Assembly (NCBI GenBank): GCA_965205865.1
Contig: CBDBHR010000027.1
Location: 170,923-234,922 of the forward strand
Origin: a bacterium
GTDB lineage: Bacteria; SAR324; NAC60-12
Length of the DNA: 64,000 nucleotides
Direction: 5' to 3'
A program made the translations under genes and the position numbers. Of this stretch, positions 1 through 11,354 are shown piece after piece. The notes under the pieces are model-generated. The model was not told where the DNA came from. It worked only from the letters and a program-made list of their open reading frames with translations, and ran no database searches. How positions within the stretch are numbered: position 1 is the first letter of the stretch; every line of letters begins with the position of its first letter.

Positions 1-42
1 AACAGAATAAAATTCTTTTTGATCGGCGATCGAATACCCTAC

Positions 43-654
43 TCAAATCACAATTTGAAAAAAACCACCAAATTCTTGATTTTTCATGGGTTCCAGCTCA
101 ATGATCTGCAATGGTACTTGTTCCGGCCGAAATCCTACGTTTTTATTTCGCGGATGATTCTTAAAATAAATCTGGCTTGTCAGGCGAGTTTTATCATTGA
201 TCCAAACTTTATAATGAATATGAGGTGGACGGCCGTAGTAATCGCCGGGGATCACTGTTTTGAAAAAATATATACCGTCCGTTTGCACTGTTGTTCTTCC
301 CCAATACTGAAAATTCGGATCCCGCTGGCCCAACTTGGAGTCACCAGGATGGTTGTATTTGCCCTCCGGATCGGCCTGCCAGATTTCAACAATTGCGCCT
401 TTTTGTGGATTACCTGTTTCGTCTACTAACGTTCCCCGTAAATTCAAAACATACCCTTTTGCTTTCCCGGTCTGACCAAAGACATGTATCAAATCAAAAT
501 CTTCATCATTTTGTCGCCGAATCGGATAATAAGGACCTTCCGCGTCCCAGGGAGTTTTGGGGTATTGGTTAGCTGCTGGGGTTTCCTTAGTTTGCAATAA
601 AAACCCCATCAACGGGAATACCAGGATGGATTGGATCAAAGTTCGTCGTTTCAT
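43..654 (-). CDS. Intradiol ring-cleavage dioxygenase (protocatechuate 3,4-dioxygenase-like) with Tat-like signal peptide
   Basis: Motifs EGPYY, EIWQADPEGKY, GRPPHIHYKV (Tyr/His iron ligands); N-terminal MKRRTLIQS twin-arginine plus hydrophobic stretch; start could be 684. Confidence 0.8.
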   Translation of the reverse strand: MKRRTLIQSILVFPLMGFLLQTKETPAANQYPKTPWDAEGPYYPIRRQNDEDFDLIHVFGQTGKAKGYVLNLRGTLVDETGNPQKGAIVEIWQADPEGKYNHPGDSKLGQRDPNFQYWGRTTVQTDGIYFFKTVIPGDYYGRPPHIHYKVWINDKTRLTSQIYFKNHPRNKNVGFRPEQVPLQIIELEPMKNQEFGGFFQIVI

Positions 655-883
655 TTGAATCTCTTTTGTTTTCTGTGAACCCATTGTTTAATTACAGAGA
701 ACTATCGTTGAATTAAATAATTCGCTCATTGCTTCCATAGACAGGCAGCCACGATTTTGTCTTTTTGGTAAGGTTGTGCTTGCTGGTCTTCCCACAAATT
801 GTCCATATTGGCCTTGTTGAGAACTTTCCTTACAAAAAAGTTCCACGCGTTTTCTGATCATGACGAAACCGGAGACATTCCTT

Positions 884-1117
884 AACCAGAGTTCGAGATA
901 AGAATTTAATAAATTCAATATGTTATGGAATCTTCATATCTTAGAGAAACCTTGTCATTCCTGCGAGATCCCTGCGTACGCAGGGAAGGAATCCGGAGGT
1001 ATGCAGCCATACTGAAATCCGGATCCCCGCTCCCCGCTTTCGCGGGGACAAGTTTCGCGAGGATGACATATACACTAGGATACTCATATTATTGAAGATT
1101 TATGTCGAACTCAGGTT
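884..1117. mobile_element. MITE-like element with 18-bp imperfect terminal inverted repeats and a 4-bp CCTT flanking duplication
   Basis: AACCAGAGTTCGAGATAA (884-901) versus TTATGTCGAACTCAGGTT (1100-1117), 16/18 complementary; CCTT at 880-883 and 1118-1121. Confidence 0.55.
953..1068. repeat. REP/RPE-like palindromic repeat (TGTCATTCC...GGATGACA family) with nested hairpins
   Basis: Same ends as the 4144-4213 copy; extra internal hairpins TCCCTGCGTACGCAGGGA and TCCCCGCTTTCGCGGGGA. Confidence 0.7.
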
Positions 1118-1354
1118 CCTTAAGAATCAAAGAATCATACCCAACTCTCGGAACAGTGGCAAGTTCTCTACAGTCAGGAAAGAATCCGCAAAATTTTAAT
1201 TTGACTTTTTCTTCATTACCTGCTTACCTATTAATGTACGTTTAATCCAATATATAAATTCAAGGACAGCAATATTGAAAAGTTGACGGACACGGAACGA
1301 ATGTATGTCCAATTATTTTGTCTCGAACTCAGTTTGATCTGAAAATAAGGAGAA

Positions 1355-1816
1355 ATGAGAAGAATTGCGCAAAAAGGGCTCTTGCTTCTGGTAATCCTGA
1401 CCCTGATACATCCGAGTGGAATGCTTTCAGGAAAAGCATTCGAGGTCAAGGGGCGAATGGTCACCAAGCAAGATGAAGCTGCGATTCGGAAAGTCATTCG
1501 ACAACAAATCGAGGCTTTCCAGCAGGATGATGAAGAAGCTGCCTTCGCGCTCGCTTCTCCCGGGATTCGAGCAAAATTTCGAACGGCAAAAATATTCATG
1601 AAAATGGTACGGGAAGGATACCCGCCGGTTTACCGTCCCCGGACAATGGATTTTTTGAGTTTAGAAATCATGCAAGGCAGTCCCGTGCAAATATTGCGGA
1701 TCAGCGGATCAGATGGTGGGGTTTATAAAGCATTTTATCCCATGGAATTGCAACCGGATCTAACCTGGAAGACAAATGGATGTTTTCTGCTCCGTACTAA
1801 AGAGACCGACATTTGA
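1355..1816 (+). CDS. DUF4864-like exported protein
   Basis: Signal peptide; IRQQIEAFQQDDEEAAFALASPGIR...FMKMVREGYPPVYRP; AGGAG RBS. Confidence 0.7.
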   Translation: MRRIAQKGLLLLVILTLIHPSGMLSGKAFEVKGRMVTKQDEAAIRKVIRQQIEAFQQDDEEAAFALASPGIRAKFRTAKIFMKMVREGYPPVYRPRTMDFLSLEIMQGSPVQILRISGSDGGVYKAFYPMELQPDLTWKTNGCFLLRTKETDI

Positions 1817-1894
1817 AAACGTGAGAAGAAATCAGGAAAAAGAATCTTTCATTTTTCACGGTTTCCTGCTCCATGACTATGGAACCGCCTAAAG

Positions 1895-3388
1895 CTACTC
1901 TGGCCTCATTGTTGGAAATAGAATGACGTCTCGGATGTTGGTTTGGTTGGTCAACAGCATCACCATGCGGTCAATTCCCATACCGATCCCTCCCATGGGA
2001 GGCATTCCGTATTCCATTGCTCGAATATAGTCGTCATCAAATGGATGAGTATCCGCTTCTCCGCCTCGTCCACGTTTCGCCTGTTCTTCCAGCAATTCCC
2101 GCTGACGGATCGGGTCATTGAGTTCTGAGTAAGCATTGGCCACTTCCCATCCATTGATGAAGGCTTCGAATCGTTCCACCAGAGTCGGGTCTTTTCGATG
2201 CATTTTACATAACGGGCTGCTTTCCACAGGGTAATTGAGAACAAAAGTGGGTTGAATGAGTAAATGCTCACAAGTTTCTTCAAAGATGCGTTCCAGAGCC
2301 CGACCACGAGTAAAACCGCCTTCCAAAATCCATTCTTTATCCCGAAATAGATTTTGCAATTGCGAGTCTTTGAGCCGAGAAAAAGGAATACCGCCAATTT
2401 TTTCCACAGCTTCCACCATTGTTACACGTGTCCAGGGTGCCTTGACATCGATAATGGTGCCTTGAAATTCAATTCGAGTGGTACCAAAAAGTGCCAGTGC
2501 GCATTTTTCCCAGATTCGTTCATTGTGTTGCATCATATTCGTGTAGTCCGCATACGCCTGATAAAATTCCAAGGCGAGAAATTCCGGGTTATGCGTCCGG
2601 TCAATTCCTTCGTTGCGAAAATTTTTGCCAAATTCAAAGACACGATCAAAGCCGCCGGCAACCAATCGTTTGAGATAAAGTTCGTCAGAAATCCTCAGAA
2701 AAAAATCGATACCCAAAGATTTATGGTAGGTTTGAAAAGGCGTGGCATTTGCTCCTCCGTAAATCTCTTGCAGGATGGGTGTTTCCACTTCCAGAAAATG
2801 CGAATCAATCAAATACTGCCGAATCGTTTGAAGGATCAGAGTCCGACTCTGAAAAACAGTGGCCACCTCTTCATTGAGTACCAAATCTACATATCGTTGG
2901 CGATAACGAAACTCTTTGTTCGAAACTTCATCAAAGCGACGTTTTTCACCCTCGATTTCCTTCTCTTTGATAACAGGAAGTGGGCGTAGAGATTTTGCCA
3001 GTAATTGGAAAGTCTGAACTCTCAAAGTCAACTCACCGGTTTGGGTATGCATAAGGAAACCCGTCAATCCAATATAATCCCCAATGTCACATAAACGGAC
3101 TACTTGATATACCCCATCGCCCACTTCGTCTTTTCTTACATATATTTGCAGGCGTTCGTGTTGTCCTTGAATATGCGCGAAAAGGGTTTTTCCTTTTCCC
3201 CGAATGGCCATCAATCTTCCTGCAATGCGAATTTGCCGCTGTTTTTCCAGTAGCAAGGTTGCCTGTTCTTTCACTTGAGGAATCGTATGGGACCATTCGA
3301 AAGAATAAGGATACGGATCCACTCCCAAATTTTTGATTTTATTCAATTTTTCATGTCTGATTTGTACTTGGGTATGGATTTCAGTCAT
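1895..3388 (-). CDS. lysS: Lysine--tRNA ligase (class II)
   Basis: OB-fold N-terminus; [47 protein letters not shown] at 3388 preferred over the ORF-track start. Confidence 0.97.
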   Translation of the reverse strand: MTEIHTQVQIRHEKLNKIKNLGVDPYPYSFEWSHTIPQVKEQATLLLEKQRQIRIAGRLMAIRGKGKTLFAHIQGQHERLQIYVRKDEVGDGVYQVVRLCDIGDYIGLTGFLMHTQTGELTLRVQTFQLLAKSLRPLPVIKEKEIEGEKRRFDEVSNKEFRYRQRYVDLVLNEEVATVFQSRTLILQTIRQYLIDSHFLEVETPILQEIYGGANATPFQTYHKSLGIDFFLRISDELYLKRLVAGGFDRVFEFGKNFRNEGIDRTHNPEFLALEFYQAYADYTNMMQHNERIWEKCALALFGTTRIEFQGTIIDVKAPWTRVTMVEAVEKIGGIPFSRLKDSQLQNLFRDKEWILEGGFTRGRALERIFEETCEHLLIQPTFVLNYPVESSPLCKMHRKDPTLVERFEAFINGWEVANAYSELNDPIRQRELLEEQAKRGRGGEADTHPFDDDYIRAMEYGMPPMGGIGMGIDRMVMLLTNQTNIRDVILFPTMRPE

Positions 3389-4143
3389 AAATCGCTTTCT
3401 CGAAAAACAGGTTAAATACCAATGCGCAATTGAAATGTACTTGCTATGATTGGGTCTGATAGTATTTACATGGACCGCTCCATAGAGACAATCCAAAATT
3501 GTTAATTGGGGGAAAATTTGGCACGAAATCTACAGATGGGTGTTTGGAATGAAATCATAATCTCGTTTTCGTGCGTTTTCAGGCTCACCGTTTCAAAAAG
3601 AATCGTACAGAATCTTAAACGCAATCAACCTTCGGGGGCGCAATTGAACTAAAGAGACAAATGAAGTGCGCTACTTCGAATTGTATCATTCTCATTCCCC
3701 GGTAAAACAGACAGAAACTAGTGATTTCCCGGAGTGGGGGGTTGCAGTTTCCCGCTCACTCCACAGGCCACGGACAACCAGGACCATCTATGGCATTTTA
3801 GCATACGCTCCTATTATCAGCGTCAAAATGAAAAAGATCAGGTATTTCGTGATTTCAAGCTGATTTTACCTTATACTACAGCCAACGAAATCAAAGGTAT
3901 TTTGCATCACCCTCTCAAAGTCAAATAGTGTCAAAAAATCTCTGTATGCAACTATGGGATCAGTTTCTCAGTCTGGTCGTTTGGAAGGAACCGGTATATA
4001 TTGGACAACAAGCTTTAATTCAGCTACCTCGTCTTTCTCCGAGCTTGTACGAATTGCGCTTGTCTCGTGATTGCAAAGAGGTATCTGATTTTTTGGGACC
4101 CTTCAAAAATAGAAAAAAGTAATTTTCAGTTTGCCGCCTTTGT

Positions 4144-4213
4144 TGTCATTCCTGCGCAGGCAGGAATCCAGTGGTAGTCACGAAGATGGATTCCCGCCTT
4201 CGCGAGGATGACA
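4144..4213. repeat. REP/RPE-like palindromic doublet (dRS3-like)
   Basis: TGTCATTCCTGCGCAGGCAGGAATCCA ... TGGATTCCCGCCTTCGCGAGGATGACA, two inverted units. Confidence 0.75.
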
Positions 4214-4453
4214 GAGGAACTGTAAACTGGAAAATGAAAGGTGCCGATTTTTTAATAAAATTGACGGTTGTTGATGAATGGCTGGAGCTTCGCAGCAACA
4301 ATCCCAAGACAGTTCGGTTGCAGCGATTGAAAAATTCAACTGGAGGACAACTGATTGAAATTACTAATTGAAACAAGTGGCAGGTATGCGAAAAAGGTCT
4401 TGTCTCCCTTACAATCAAATCTATTCAATAACTGATCCGCGTTTGGAGGTTCA

Positions 4454-5548
4454 ATGACCGAAGGGATGCTTATCTTGAGCAACGGCCAATTCTTCAAAGG
4501 TCGTATGCGTGGGGCGGTCGGTCCAGCAGAGGGGGAAGTGATATTTCATACCGGTATGACCGGATATCAGGAAATTCTGACCGATCCTTCTTATGCCGGA
4601 CAAATCGTGACAATGACATATCCCCATATTGGCAATTACGGAGTCAATCCAGTGGATATGGAATCAAGGAAAATTTTTGCCAGAGGATTGATTGTCAAAG
4701 AATTGAGTGAAGTGACCAGCAATTGGCGGGCAGATCAAAGTTTGGAAGAATGGCTCACATCCTTCAACATTCCTGTCCTCGAACGAATCGATACACGAGC
4801 TCTGGTGAAAACTATCCGGGAAAAAGGTGCCTGCCCGGGGATAATTACTTCAGTGAAAGGGCAATCCGACAATCTGGCGCACTTCCGGCAAGTTGCAATG
4901 ATGCTGCCGGTTATGGAGGGCCAGAACCTTGTAAAAACCGTTTCCACCCTGGAACAATATACTTGGAAAAGCAAGGAGGGACCGCCCCTTTATCGGGTAG
5001 TTGCCTACGATGCGGGGATCAAGTTCAACATTTTGCGCTCAATGGCTCGCTTGGGCATCGAAGTGACCGTTGTACCTTATGCCACACCTATGGAAAAGGC
5101 CCTGGAGTTTGAACCCGATGGCATCTTTCTTTCCAACGGCCCTGGCGACCCGGCTGCCGTTCACGAAAGCATTGCTACCGTGAAACAACTATTGGGACGG
5201 GTTCCTATTTTTGGGATCTGTCTGGGACATCAAATCCTTTCCCTCGCCTTGGGTTGTCGAACCTATAAACTGAAATTCGGACACCATGGCGCCAATCATC
5301 CCGTCATCGACTATGCGACGGAAAAAGTAGAGATCACTAGCCAAAATCATGGCTTTGCCGTGGAGGAATCCTCCCTGCCTGCCAATGTCCGAGTGACCCA
5401 TCGCAATCTGAATGACCAAACCGTGGAAGGGATTGAATCCCTCGAACATCCGGCTTATGCAGTTCAATATCACCCGGAAGCTGCACCAGGACCGCATGAT
5501 GCCGCCTATTTGTTTAACCGTTTTGTTGAGATGATGAACGCCTGCTGA
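4454..5548 (+). CDS. carA: Carbamoyl-phosphate synthase small subunit
   Basis: [36 protein letters not shown]. Confidence 0.97.
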   Translation: MTEGMLILSNGQFFKGRMRGAVGPAEGEVIFHTGMTGYQEILTDPSYAGQIVTMTYPHIGNYGVNPVDMESRKIFARGLIVKELSEVTSNWRADQSLEEWLTSFNIPVLERIDTRALVKTIREKGACPGIITSVKGQSDNLAHFRQVAMMLPVMEGQNLVKTVSTLEQYTWKSKEGPPLYRVVAYDAGIKFNILRSMARLGIEVTVVPYATPMEKALEFEPDGIFLSNGPGDPAAVHESIATVKQLLGRVPIFGICLGHQILSLALGCRTYKLKFGHHGANHPVIDYATEKVEITSQNHGFAVEESSLPANVRVTHRNLNDQTVEGIESLEHPAYAVQYHPEAAPGPHDAAYLFNRFVEMMNAC

Positions 5549-5585
5549 CGCCGATTCGATTAATCGCAAACAGAAGGAAAAACGA

Positions 5586-6353
5586 ATGTGGTTGAAAAAG
5601 AAAGACAAGATCATTTTTGAGACCAAATCCATGGGAATGCAAATCCAGGTTATCGACAGAATGGAACGTCGCGAATTAAAATTCGGGAATCACGTCGTTC
5701 AAAGCGCTTTCTCCAAGACGAATCCGGATTTTTTATTGCTCTCATACACCCAATACATGACACTGGGGTTAGTCTTATGCGCATCACCCGAAATGTTCCT
5801 CCATATTGGTCTGGGAGCAGGAAATATTCCACGTTTCATTCACAAACACTACCCTTGGGTTTATCAGGAAGTCATTGAACTCAACCCCGAAGTGATTTCA
5901 GTTGCATATCGCTATTTCAACTTACCACAGAATGAGCGTATCCGCGTACTCCTAGGTGACGGTTTTGGCATAATGGCATCTTGCAAAAAGAAATATGATT
6001 TAATTTTTTTGGATGCCTTCCAAGCTGACGGGACACCTTCCCATTTGAATACGATAGAATTTTTCAGGCGCCTATCTCGCAATCTCAAACCAGGCGGCTG
6101 GGTGGTGGGTAACCTTTGGACTTCACAAGAAAAGTTCTCTGATAAAATCAAAAAATGGCAGGAAGTATTTGAAGTCGTGTGGGAGGCTCCTGTTCCCATT
6201 ATGGGAAATGTGATTTTATTTGGCGCAAACCAGAAACATCCCTTTGATCAAGCCATGTTGCAAAAGAAAGCACAGGTAATTCAACAGCAAATTCCACTGA
6301 AATTCTTCGATTTTTTAAAAAATTTGGTGCCCGTTCAACCTTCTGAGGCTTAA
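5586..6353 (+). CDS. Spermidine-synthase-like SAM-dependent methyltransferase
   Basis: HIGLGAG motif I, IELNPEV, YDLIFLDAF. Confidence 0.75.
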   Translation: MWLKKKDKIIFETKSMGMQIQVIDRMERRELKFGNHVVQSAFSKTNPDFLLLSYTQYMTLGLVLCASPEMFLHIGLGAGNIPRFIHKHYPWVYQEVIELNPEVISVAYRYFNLPQNERIRVLLGDGFGIMASCKKKYDLIFLDAFQADGTPSHLNTIEFFRRLSRNLKPGGWVVGNLWTSQEKFSDKIKKWQEVFEVVWEAPVPIMGNVILFGANQKHPFDQAMLQKKAQVIQQQIPLKFFDFLKNLVPVQPSEA

Positions 6354-6370
6354 AATGAATTAATGAACTT

Positions 6371-7888
6371 TCATTCGGTAAGTGTCGAATCCGCTTCGAT
6401 CACAGGTGGCATGATTTTAATCGAATTGCTGTAAATTGGGCTCACGCAGTCGGGAAGATTAAAAGAAAAACGGACTCCTGCTTTTTGAGGCAGATTTTCC
6501 GCAGTAATCCGTCCTCCATGGGCTTCAATAATTTTTTTGCAGATGGTAAGCCCCAACCCCGTTCCCTCCGCTTTACCCTCCGTATGAAAAGGACGAAAAA
6601 GATTACTGAGAATGGAGTCGGGTATGGGAAACCCGTTGTCTGTCACCGCGATGGTAATACCTGACTGTTCATCCGGGATAAATTCTACTAAAATCCTGCC
6701 CTTTTCTTCCTCGAGCTTCTCCCAGGCATTTTTGACCAAATTGACAATGACGCGGATGATTTTATTGTCGTCGATCTTTAAGTTCAATTCCGCATCTCCA
6801 GGGTATTTATACTGGATGGGAAGATCTGTGATAAATCCCAAATTCACCTCTAGTTGAGCCACACAATCACGGAGGCGGTGCTGGCCAATCCGCAACTCCG
6901 TTTTTCCTTTAGCAAATTCCAAGATATCGCTGGTCAGCCCACTGACAGTCGTCGAAGCAATTTTTATTCGGCGTATAAACATCAAGCAACGAGTCAGGTC
7001 CATGGCATTGACGGATTTTTTCTCCAAAGTTTTCAAGAGTAGTCCGACAAAAGAAGTAACCGCCCCGTTGGCATTGCCTATGTCGTGTCCGAATTCGGCC
7101 AGTGCATGACCCAGTTCCACCAATCGTCTTTCCTGCTCCTTGGCCCTTTCCAATGCTTCTATGGTTTTTTCTTTTTCAGTTTCAGATTGTTTGAGGGCCT
7201 CCACTTTGTCAGCCAACTGCTCCTGAATTGAAAAAAAACGGCTCCAAAGATCTTCCAGAATTTCTATCCTCCGTTCCAGGGGGCTCTGTTTCAAACGAAT
7301 ACGGGGCAAATTGATGTCGGTAGTCTCCTGTTCACGCCGATATTTGGTGAATTGCTGACACAATCGGTCGATGGGGTTGACCAGCACCCGAGCTTTGTTC
7401 CAGATCACCAAACCCAGGATCAGAAATGTTGCTGCCAAACTGAAAAGCGTTTGAAACAATAGAAGACCGAAGGGATGCTCCAGAAGAATCAGCGGACGGG
7501 TGGCAACAATAATTCCTTTGACCTGGTGTTTACCCACTGGAATGGCTAGTGAAAATTGGAAATTTTCAAGCTGATCGAAGAATATATTATTGGGTTCAGG
7601 TTCCATGTTACCGGTTTTGTACTGCTTGATACTCCAATCACGGTAAAGTAACTGAAACTCTCCAAATTGCCCGCCATCAAGTAATTCCTGGATAATCCGG
7701 CTTTTTTCCGGTTCATTCTTTTCCAGCAAATCACTGATCGTCCGGGACAACTCATTGAGCTGATTTAATGTCTCAACAGGTATGACACGCTTTGTTGAAG
7801 GGCGCTCGAATAGCAAAAAAGAGAGACCAAATACGCCCAAAAAACACAAGCCCGCCATCAATATAAAAGATGATTTTTTCAACACCAT
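6371..7888 (-). CDS. Membrane sensor histidine kinase
   Basis: Two TM segments, coiled coil, H-box (FGHDIGN), N-box (NLVKNA), DNG and GTGLGL boxes. Confidence 0.9.
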   Translation of the reverse strand: MVLKKSSFILMAGLCFLGVFGLSFLLFERPSTKRVIPVETLNQLNELSRTISDLLEKNEPEKSRIIQELLDGGQFGEFQLLYRDWSIKQYKTGNMEPEPNNIFFDQLENFQFSLAIPVGKHQVKGIIVATRPLILLEHPFGLLLFQTLFSLAATFLILGLVIWNKARVLVNPIDRLCQQFTKYRREQETTDINLPRIRLKQSPLERRIEILEDLWSRFFSIQEQLADKVEALKQSETEKEKTIEALERAKEQERRLVELGHALAEFGHDIGNANGAVTSFVGLLLKTLEKKSVNAMDLTRCLMFIRRIKIASTTVSGLTSDILEFAKGKTELRIGQHRLRDCVAQLEVNLGFITDLPIQYKYPGDAELNLKIDDNKIIRVIVNLVKNAWEKLEEEKGRILVEFIPDEQSGITIAVTDNGFPIPDSILSNLFRPFHTEGKAEGTGLGLTICKKIIEAHGGRITAENLPQKAGVRFSFNLPDCVSPIYSNSIKIMPPVIEADSTLTE

Positions 7889-7972
7889 TTTCGACCTCCA
7901 TGACGAAAATTTCGTTGTCTCCCCATGCTTCTATCTTGAATGTTGAAATTATTCAAGTTTTCCTGAAAAAAA

Positions 7973-7991
7973 ATATGAATATTGTTCATAT
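7973..7991. promoter_or_regulatory. Candidate palindromic operator upstream of ahcY
   Basis: ATATGAA-n5-TTCATAT perfect inverted repeat in the AT-rich divergent intergenic region. Confidence 0.35.
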
Positions 7992-8108
7992 CGGCATATG
8001 CGCATTTAGTGATTTATTCTTGAATTTTCTTTGATTTTCTGATTTATTGTTGGAAACAAAACATATTTTTATAAACTATGAAAAATTAAAAGAAAGAAAA
8101 AGGAAATC

Positions 8109-9407
8109 ATGGGAGATTACAAAGTTGCAGATATCTCTTTAGCGGATTGGGGACGGAAGGAAATCACAATAGCAGAAAATGAGATGCCGGGGTTGATGGA
8201 ATTGCGCAGGGAATATGGAGAATCACAACCCCTGGCAGGAGCGTACATCACGGGATCATTGCATATGACGATTCAAACTGCCGTTTTGATTGAGACACTG
8301 CTAGCGTTGGGTGCAAAGGTACGCTGGTCATCCTGTAATATATTTTCGACACAAGACCATGCTGCCGCTGCTATGGCGGCGCGGGGCGTTCCTGTTTTTG
8401 CTTGGAAAGGAGAAACGGAGGAGGAGTATTGGTGGTGCATCGACCGGACATTGCAATGGTCGGATGGCAAAGGACCCAACATGCTCTTGGATGATGGTGG
8501 AGATTTGACCGGAGTGGTCCATCATAAATTTCCCGAACTGATCCCGGTTATCCGTGGTCTGTCTGAAGAAACCACCACTGGTGTTCATCGCCTCTACCAA
8601 ATGGCGCAGCGGAATGAATTGAAAATGCCGGCGTTCAACGTCAATGATTCGGTAACAAAAAGCAAATTCGACAATTTATATGGCTGCCGAGAATCCCTGG
8701 TCGATGGGATCCGGCGGGCAACAGACGTGATGATTTCCGGAAAAGTTGCAGTCGTTGCTGGTTACGGAGACGTGGGCAAAGGTTGTGCCCAATCCTTGAG
8801 AGGATCGGGAGCAAGAGTATTGGTGACTGAAATCGATCCGATCTGCGCTTTACAAGCTGCTATGGAAGGATTTGAAGTAGTACGCATGGCCGAAGCCGCG
8901 GCTAGAGGAGATATATTTGTCACGGCAACCGGTTGTGCCCAGGTGATCCGTAAAGAACATTTAAATGCGATGAAACATCAAGCCATTGTCTGCAATATTG
9001 GACATTTCGACGTTGAAATTGCTGTCGATTCTTTAAAGGAAGATTCAAATCTGATTCAAAAGGAAAATATCAAACCCCAGGTGGATCAATATATCTGGCC
9101 TGACGGCAAACGAATCACGCTATTGGCGGAAGGACGACTCGTCAATCTGGGATGCGCGACCGGACATCCCAGCTTTGTCATGTCTGCTAGTTTTACCAAT
9201 CAGGTGATGGCCCAAATTGAGCTTTGGAAAAACCATGAAAACTATGACAATCAAGTTTATGTGCTTCCTAAAATCCTGGACGAAAAGGTAGCCCGCCTGC
9301 ATTTGGCGAAGCTTGGAGCAAAGCTGGAAACCTTGACGGGTGAACAAGCATCATACTTGAAAGTTCCCAAGGAAGGGCCATACAAACCAGATTATTACAG
9401 ATATTGA
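8109..9407 (+). CDS. ahcY: Adenosylhomocysteinase
   Basis: [50 protein letters not shown]. Confidence 0.98.
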   Translation: MGDYKVADISLADWGRKEITIAENEMPGLMELRREYGESQPLAGAYITGSLHMTIQTAVLIETLLALGAKVRWSSCNIFSTQDHAAAAMAARGVPVFAWKGETEEEYWWCIDRTLQWSDGKGPNMLLDDGGDLTGVVHHKFPELIPVIRGLSEETTTGVHRLYQMAQRNELKMPAFNVNDSVTKSKFDNLYGCRESLVDGIRRATDVMISGKVAVVAGYGDVGKGCAQSLRGSGARVLVTEIDPICALQAAMEGFEVVRMAEAAARGDIFVTATGCAQVIRKEHLNAMKHQAIVCNIGHFDVEIAVDSLKEDSNLIQKENIKPQVDQYIWPDGKRITLLAEGRLVNLGCATGHPSFVMSASFTNQVMAQIELWKNHENYDNQVYVLPKILDEKVARLHLAKLGAKLETLTGEQASYLKVPKEGPYKPDYYRY

Positions 9408-10018
9408 CAGGACGATTGAAAAGTTGGTATAAGAAAATGCTTTCAAAGGAATCGATGAAACTTACCATTCGGCAGACCATGTTGCGGCGCCGCGTTCGAT
9501 TTCCTGCCCGTGAATGGAAACAATGCTCTCAACAGATTCAAACTCATCTCTGGCAATGGCCGGTTTTTAAAAACGCCCGGATTGTTCACATTTATGTTAA
9601 TATACCCCAAGAAGTAGAAACAAGGTCCATTATCCGCCATTGTTGGCAATCCGGAAAAACCGTCATCGTACCTTATCTTGTCCCCCAGTCTCCCGTCCTC
9701 GGGCATTCGGTTTTGTCCAGTTTTGACCAGCTCACCTCCGGAACATTTGACTTGCGGGAACCTCTCCCGGAGTCTCGAGTATCAGTTGATTTGGGAATTA
9801 TCGATCTGGTCATCGTACCAGGGGTGGCCTTTGATAGAAAGGGAGGCAGGTTGGGTCATGGAGGAGGATATTACGACCTTTTTTTAAGTAGAATCGACGC
9901 AATCATGTTGGGGATCTGTTTCTCCTTCCAGATCGTAAGCGAACTCCCTCAAGCCTGTCATGATATTCCGATGCACGCGATATTGACCGAGGAAGGATTT
10001 GCTGTTCATCGAGCCTAG
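9404..10018 (+). CDS. ygfA: 5-formyltetrahydrofolate cyclo-ligase
   Basis: [21 protein letters not shown] signature; start uncertain. Confidence 0.9.
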   Translation: MTGRLKSWYKKMLSKESMKLTIRQTMLRRRVRFPAREWKQCSQQIQTHLWQWPVFKNARIVHIYVNIPQEVETRSIIRHCWQSGKTVIVPYLVPQSPVLGHSVLSSFDQLTSGTFDLREPLPESRVSVDLGIIDLVIVPGVAFDRKGGRLGHGGGYYDLFLSRIDAIMLGICFSFQIVSELPQACHDIPMHAILTEEGFAVHRA

Positions 10019-11046
10019 AAGGCGGCCAGTTTGTTTTCTAATTCTTGGAGCAAATTGAGATTATCTTCCACTTCTTTGGCAATCATGTCGTTCAGTTCCA
10101 AATCGATACACTGCTGGGCTTGTTTGATGGCACTGCGGATGGTTCCAGCCTCAGAATCACCATGACAAACAATTACGGTACCTCGGATTCCCAACAACGG
10201 TGCGCCACCGAATTTTTTGTAATCCACGCGCTCCTTCAACGCCTGTAAAGAACGCCTCATTCCAGGATAGCTTAATTTTGCTAAAAAGGATTGGGAGACC
10301 TCTTCCCGAAGGATTGCTTGGATGAAATCCGCTGCTCCTTCTGCCACCTTGAGGGTCACGTTTCCCACAAAGCCATCGCATACTATGACATCCGCTTTCC
10401 CTTGAAACATGTCTTTGCCTTCTATATTGCCTCTAAAATTGAGCGTACTTTTCTTGAGCAACGAATATGCCTCTTTGACTAAGGCGTTCCCCTTTCCTTC
10501 TTCCTCACCATTGTTTAAAAGGGCGATTTGAGGGAACTTGTGATCAAAAAGGAATCGAGCATACGCATCTCCCATCAGGGCAAATTGGAGCAGATACACT
10601 GGTTTACAATCTGTATTTGCCCCCATGTCCAGTATGATGAATGGATCTTTAATAGAAGGCATAACTACCGCAAAGGCTGGACGGGTAATATGTTTGATCG
10701 CTTTTAAAACGAATTTGGCCGTTGCCATGGTAACCCCGGAATGACCAGCAGAAACAACGGCATCCACCTCTTTGTTCTTATGCAGATCCAGAGCGACACG
10801 GATTGAAGAATCTTTTTTCTGTCGAAGCACAAGTGCTGGAGATTCCTCCATCTCCACCGTTTCCGAACAATTCACAATTTGAAGTTTGCGATGATCGTAA
10901 TGGTGTTTTTTCAGTTCAGCTTCCAGTTCCGGTTGTTTGCCAACCAAGATTACTTCAATGCCATATTCATTGAGTGCAGCAACGGCTCCTGCAATTGGAA
11001 CGGCAGCTGTGTAGTCACTTCCCATTGCATCTATCGCAATTGCCAT
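10015..11046 (-). CDS. plsX: Phosphate acyltransferase
   Basis: IAIDAMGSD, LDMGANTD, CDGFVGNV, GGAPLLG; yceD-rpmF-plsX order. Confidence 0.96.
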   Translation of the reverse strand: MAIAIDAMGSDYTAAVPIAGAVAALNEYGIEVILVGKQPELEAELKKHHYDHRKLQIVNCSETVEMEESPALVLRQKKDSSIRVALDLHKNKEVDAVVSAGHSGVTMATAKFVLKAIKHITRPAFAVVMPSIKDPFIILDMGANTDCKPVYLLQFALMGDAYARFLFDHKFPQIALLNNGEEEGKGNALVKEAYSLLKKSTLNFRGNIEGKDMFQGKADVIVCDGFVGNVTLKVAEGAADFIQAILREEVSQSFLAKLSYPGMRRSLQALKERVDYKKFGGAPLLGIRGTVIVCHGDSEAGTIRSAIKQAQQCIDLELNDMIAKEVEDNLNLLQELENKLAAF

Positions 11047-11090
11047 GACTCTCCTTAATCGCCTTCGTGAATTGAGTAGCTCTGCAAAAA

Positions 11091-11273
11091 CTAGTTGCTT
11101 TCAGTTTCTAAAACAGCGATTCCTTTATAATATCCGCAATGTGGACAAACTCGATGAGGAAGGATCAATGCGCGACAATTGGTGCAGACACTCAATCCGG
11201 GTTCACGCAGTTTGATATGCGCCCTTCTTGAATTTCGTTTCCATCGCGACGTTCTGCGCTTGGGTACGGCCAT
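11091..11273 (-). CDS. rpmF: 50S ribosomal protein L32
   Basis: MAVPKRRTS...CxxC...PHRVCPHCGYY. Confidence 0.97.
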   Translation of the reverse strand: MAVPKRRTSRWKRNSRRAHIKLREPGLSVCTNCRALILPHRVCPHCGYYKGIAVLETESN

Positions 11274-11354
11274 GATTTACTCCAAAGGTGATGAATTATG
11301 TTAAGAATCCAGTTCTGAAATTGGCTCCATGCCGATAGGACCAACGTTTATCGG

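Noticed and set aside
4146-4418. Short ORFs including MDSRLREDD
   Set aside because: They derive from the palindromic repeat and are unlikely to be real genes.
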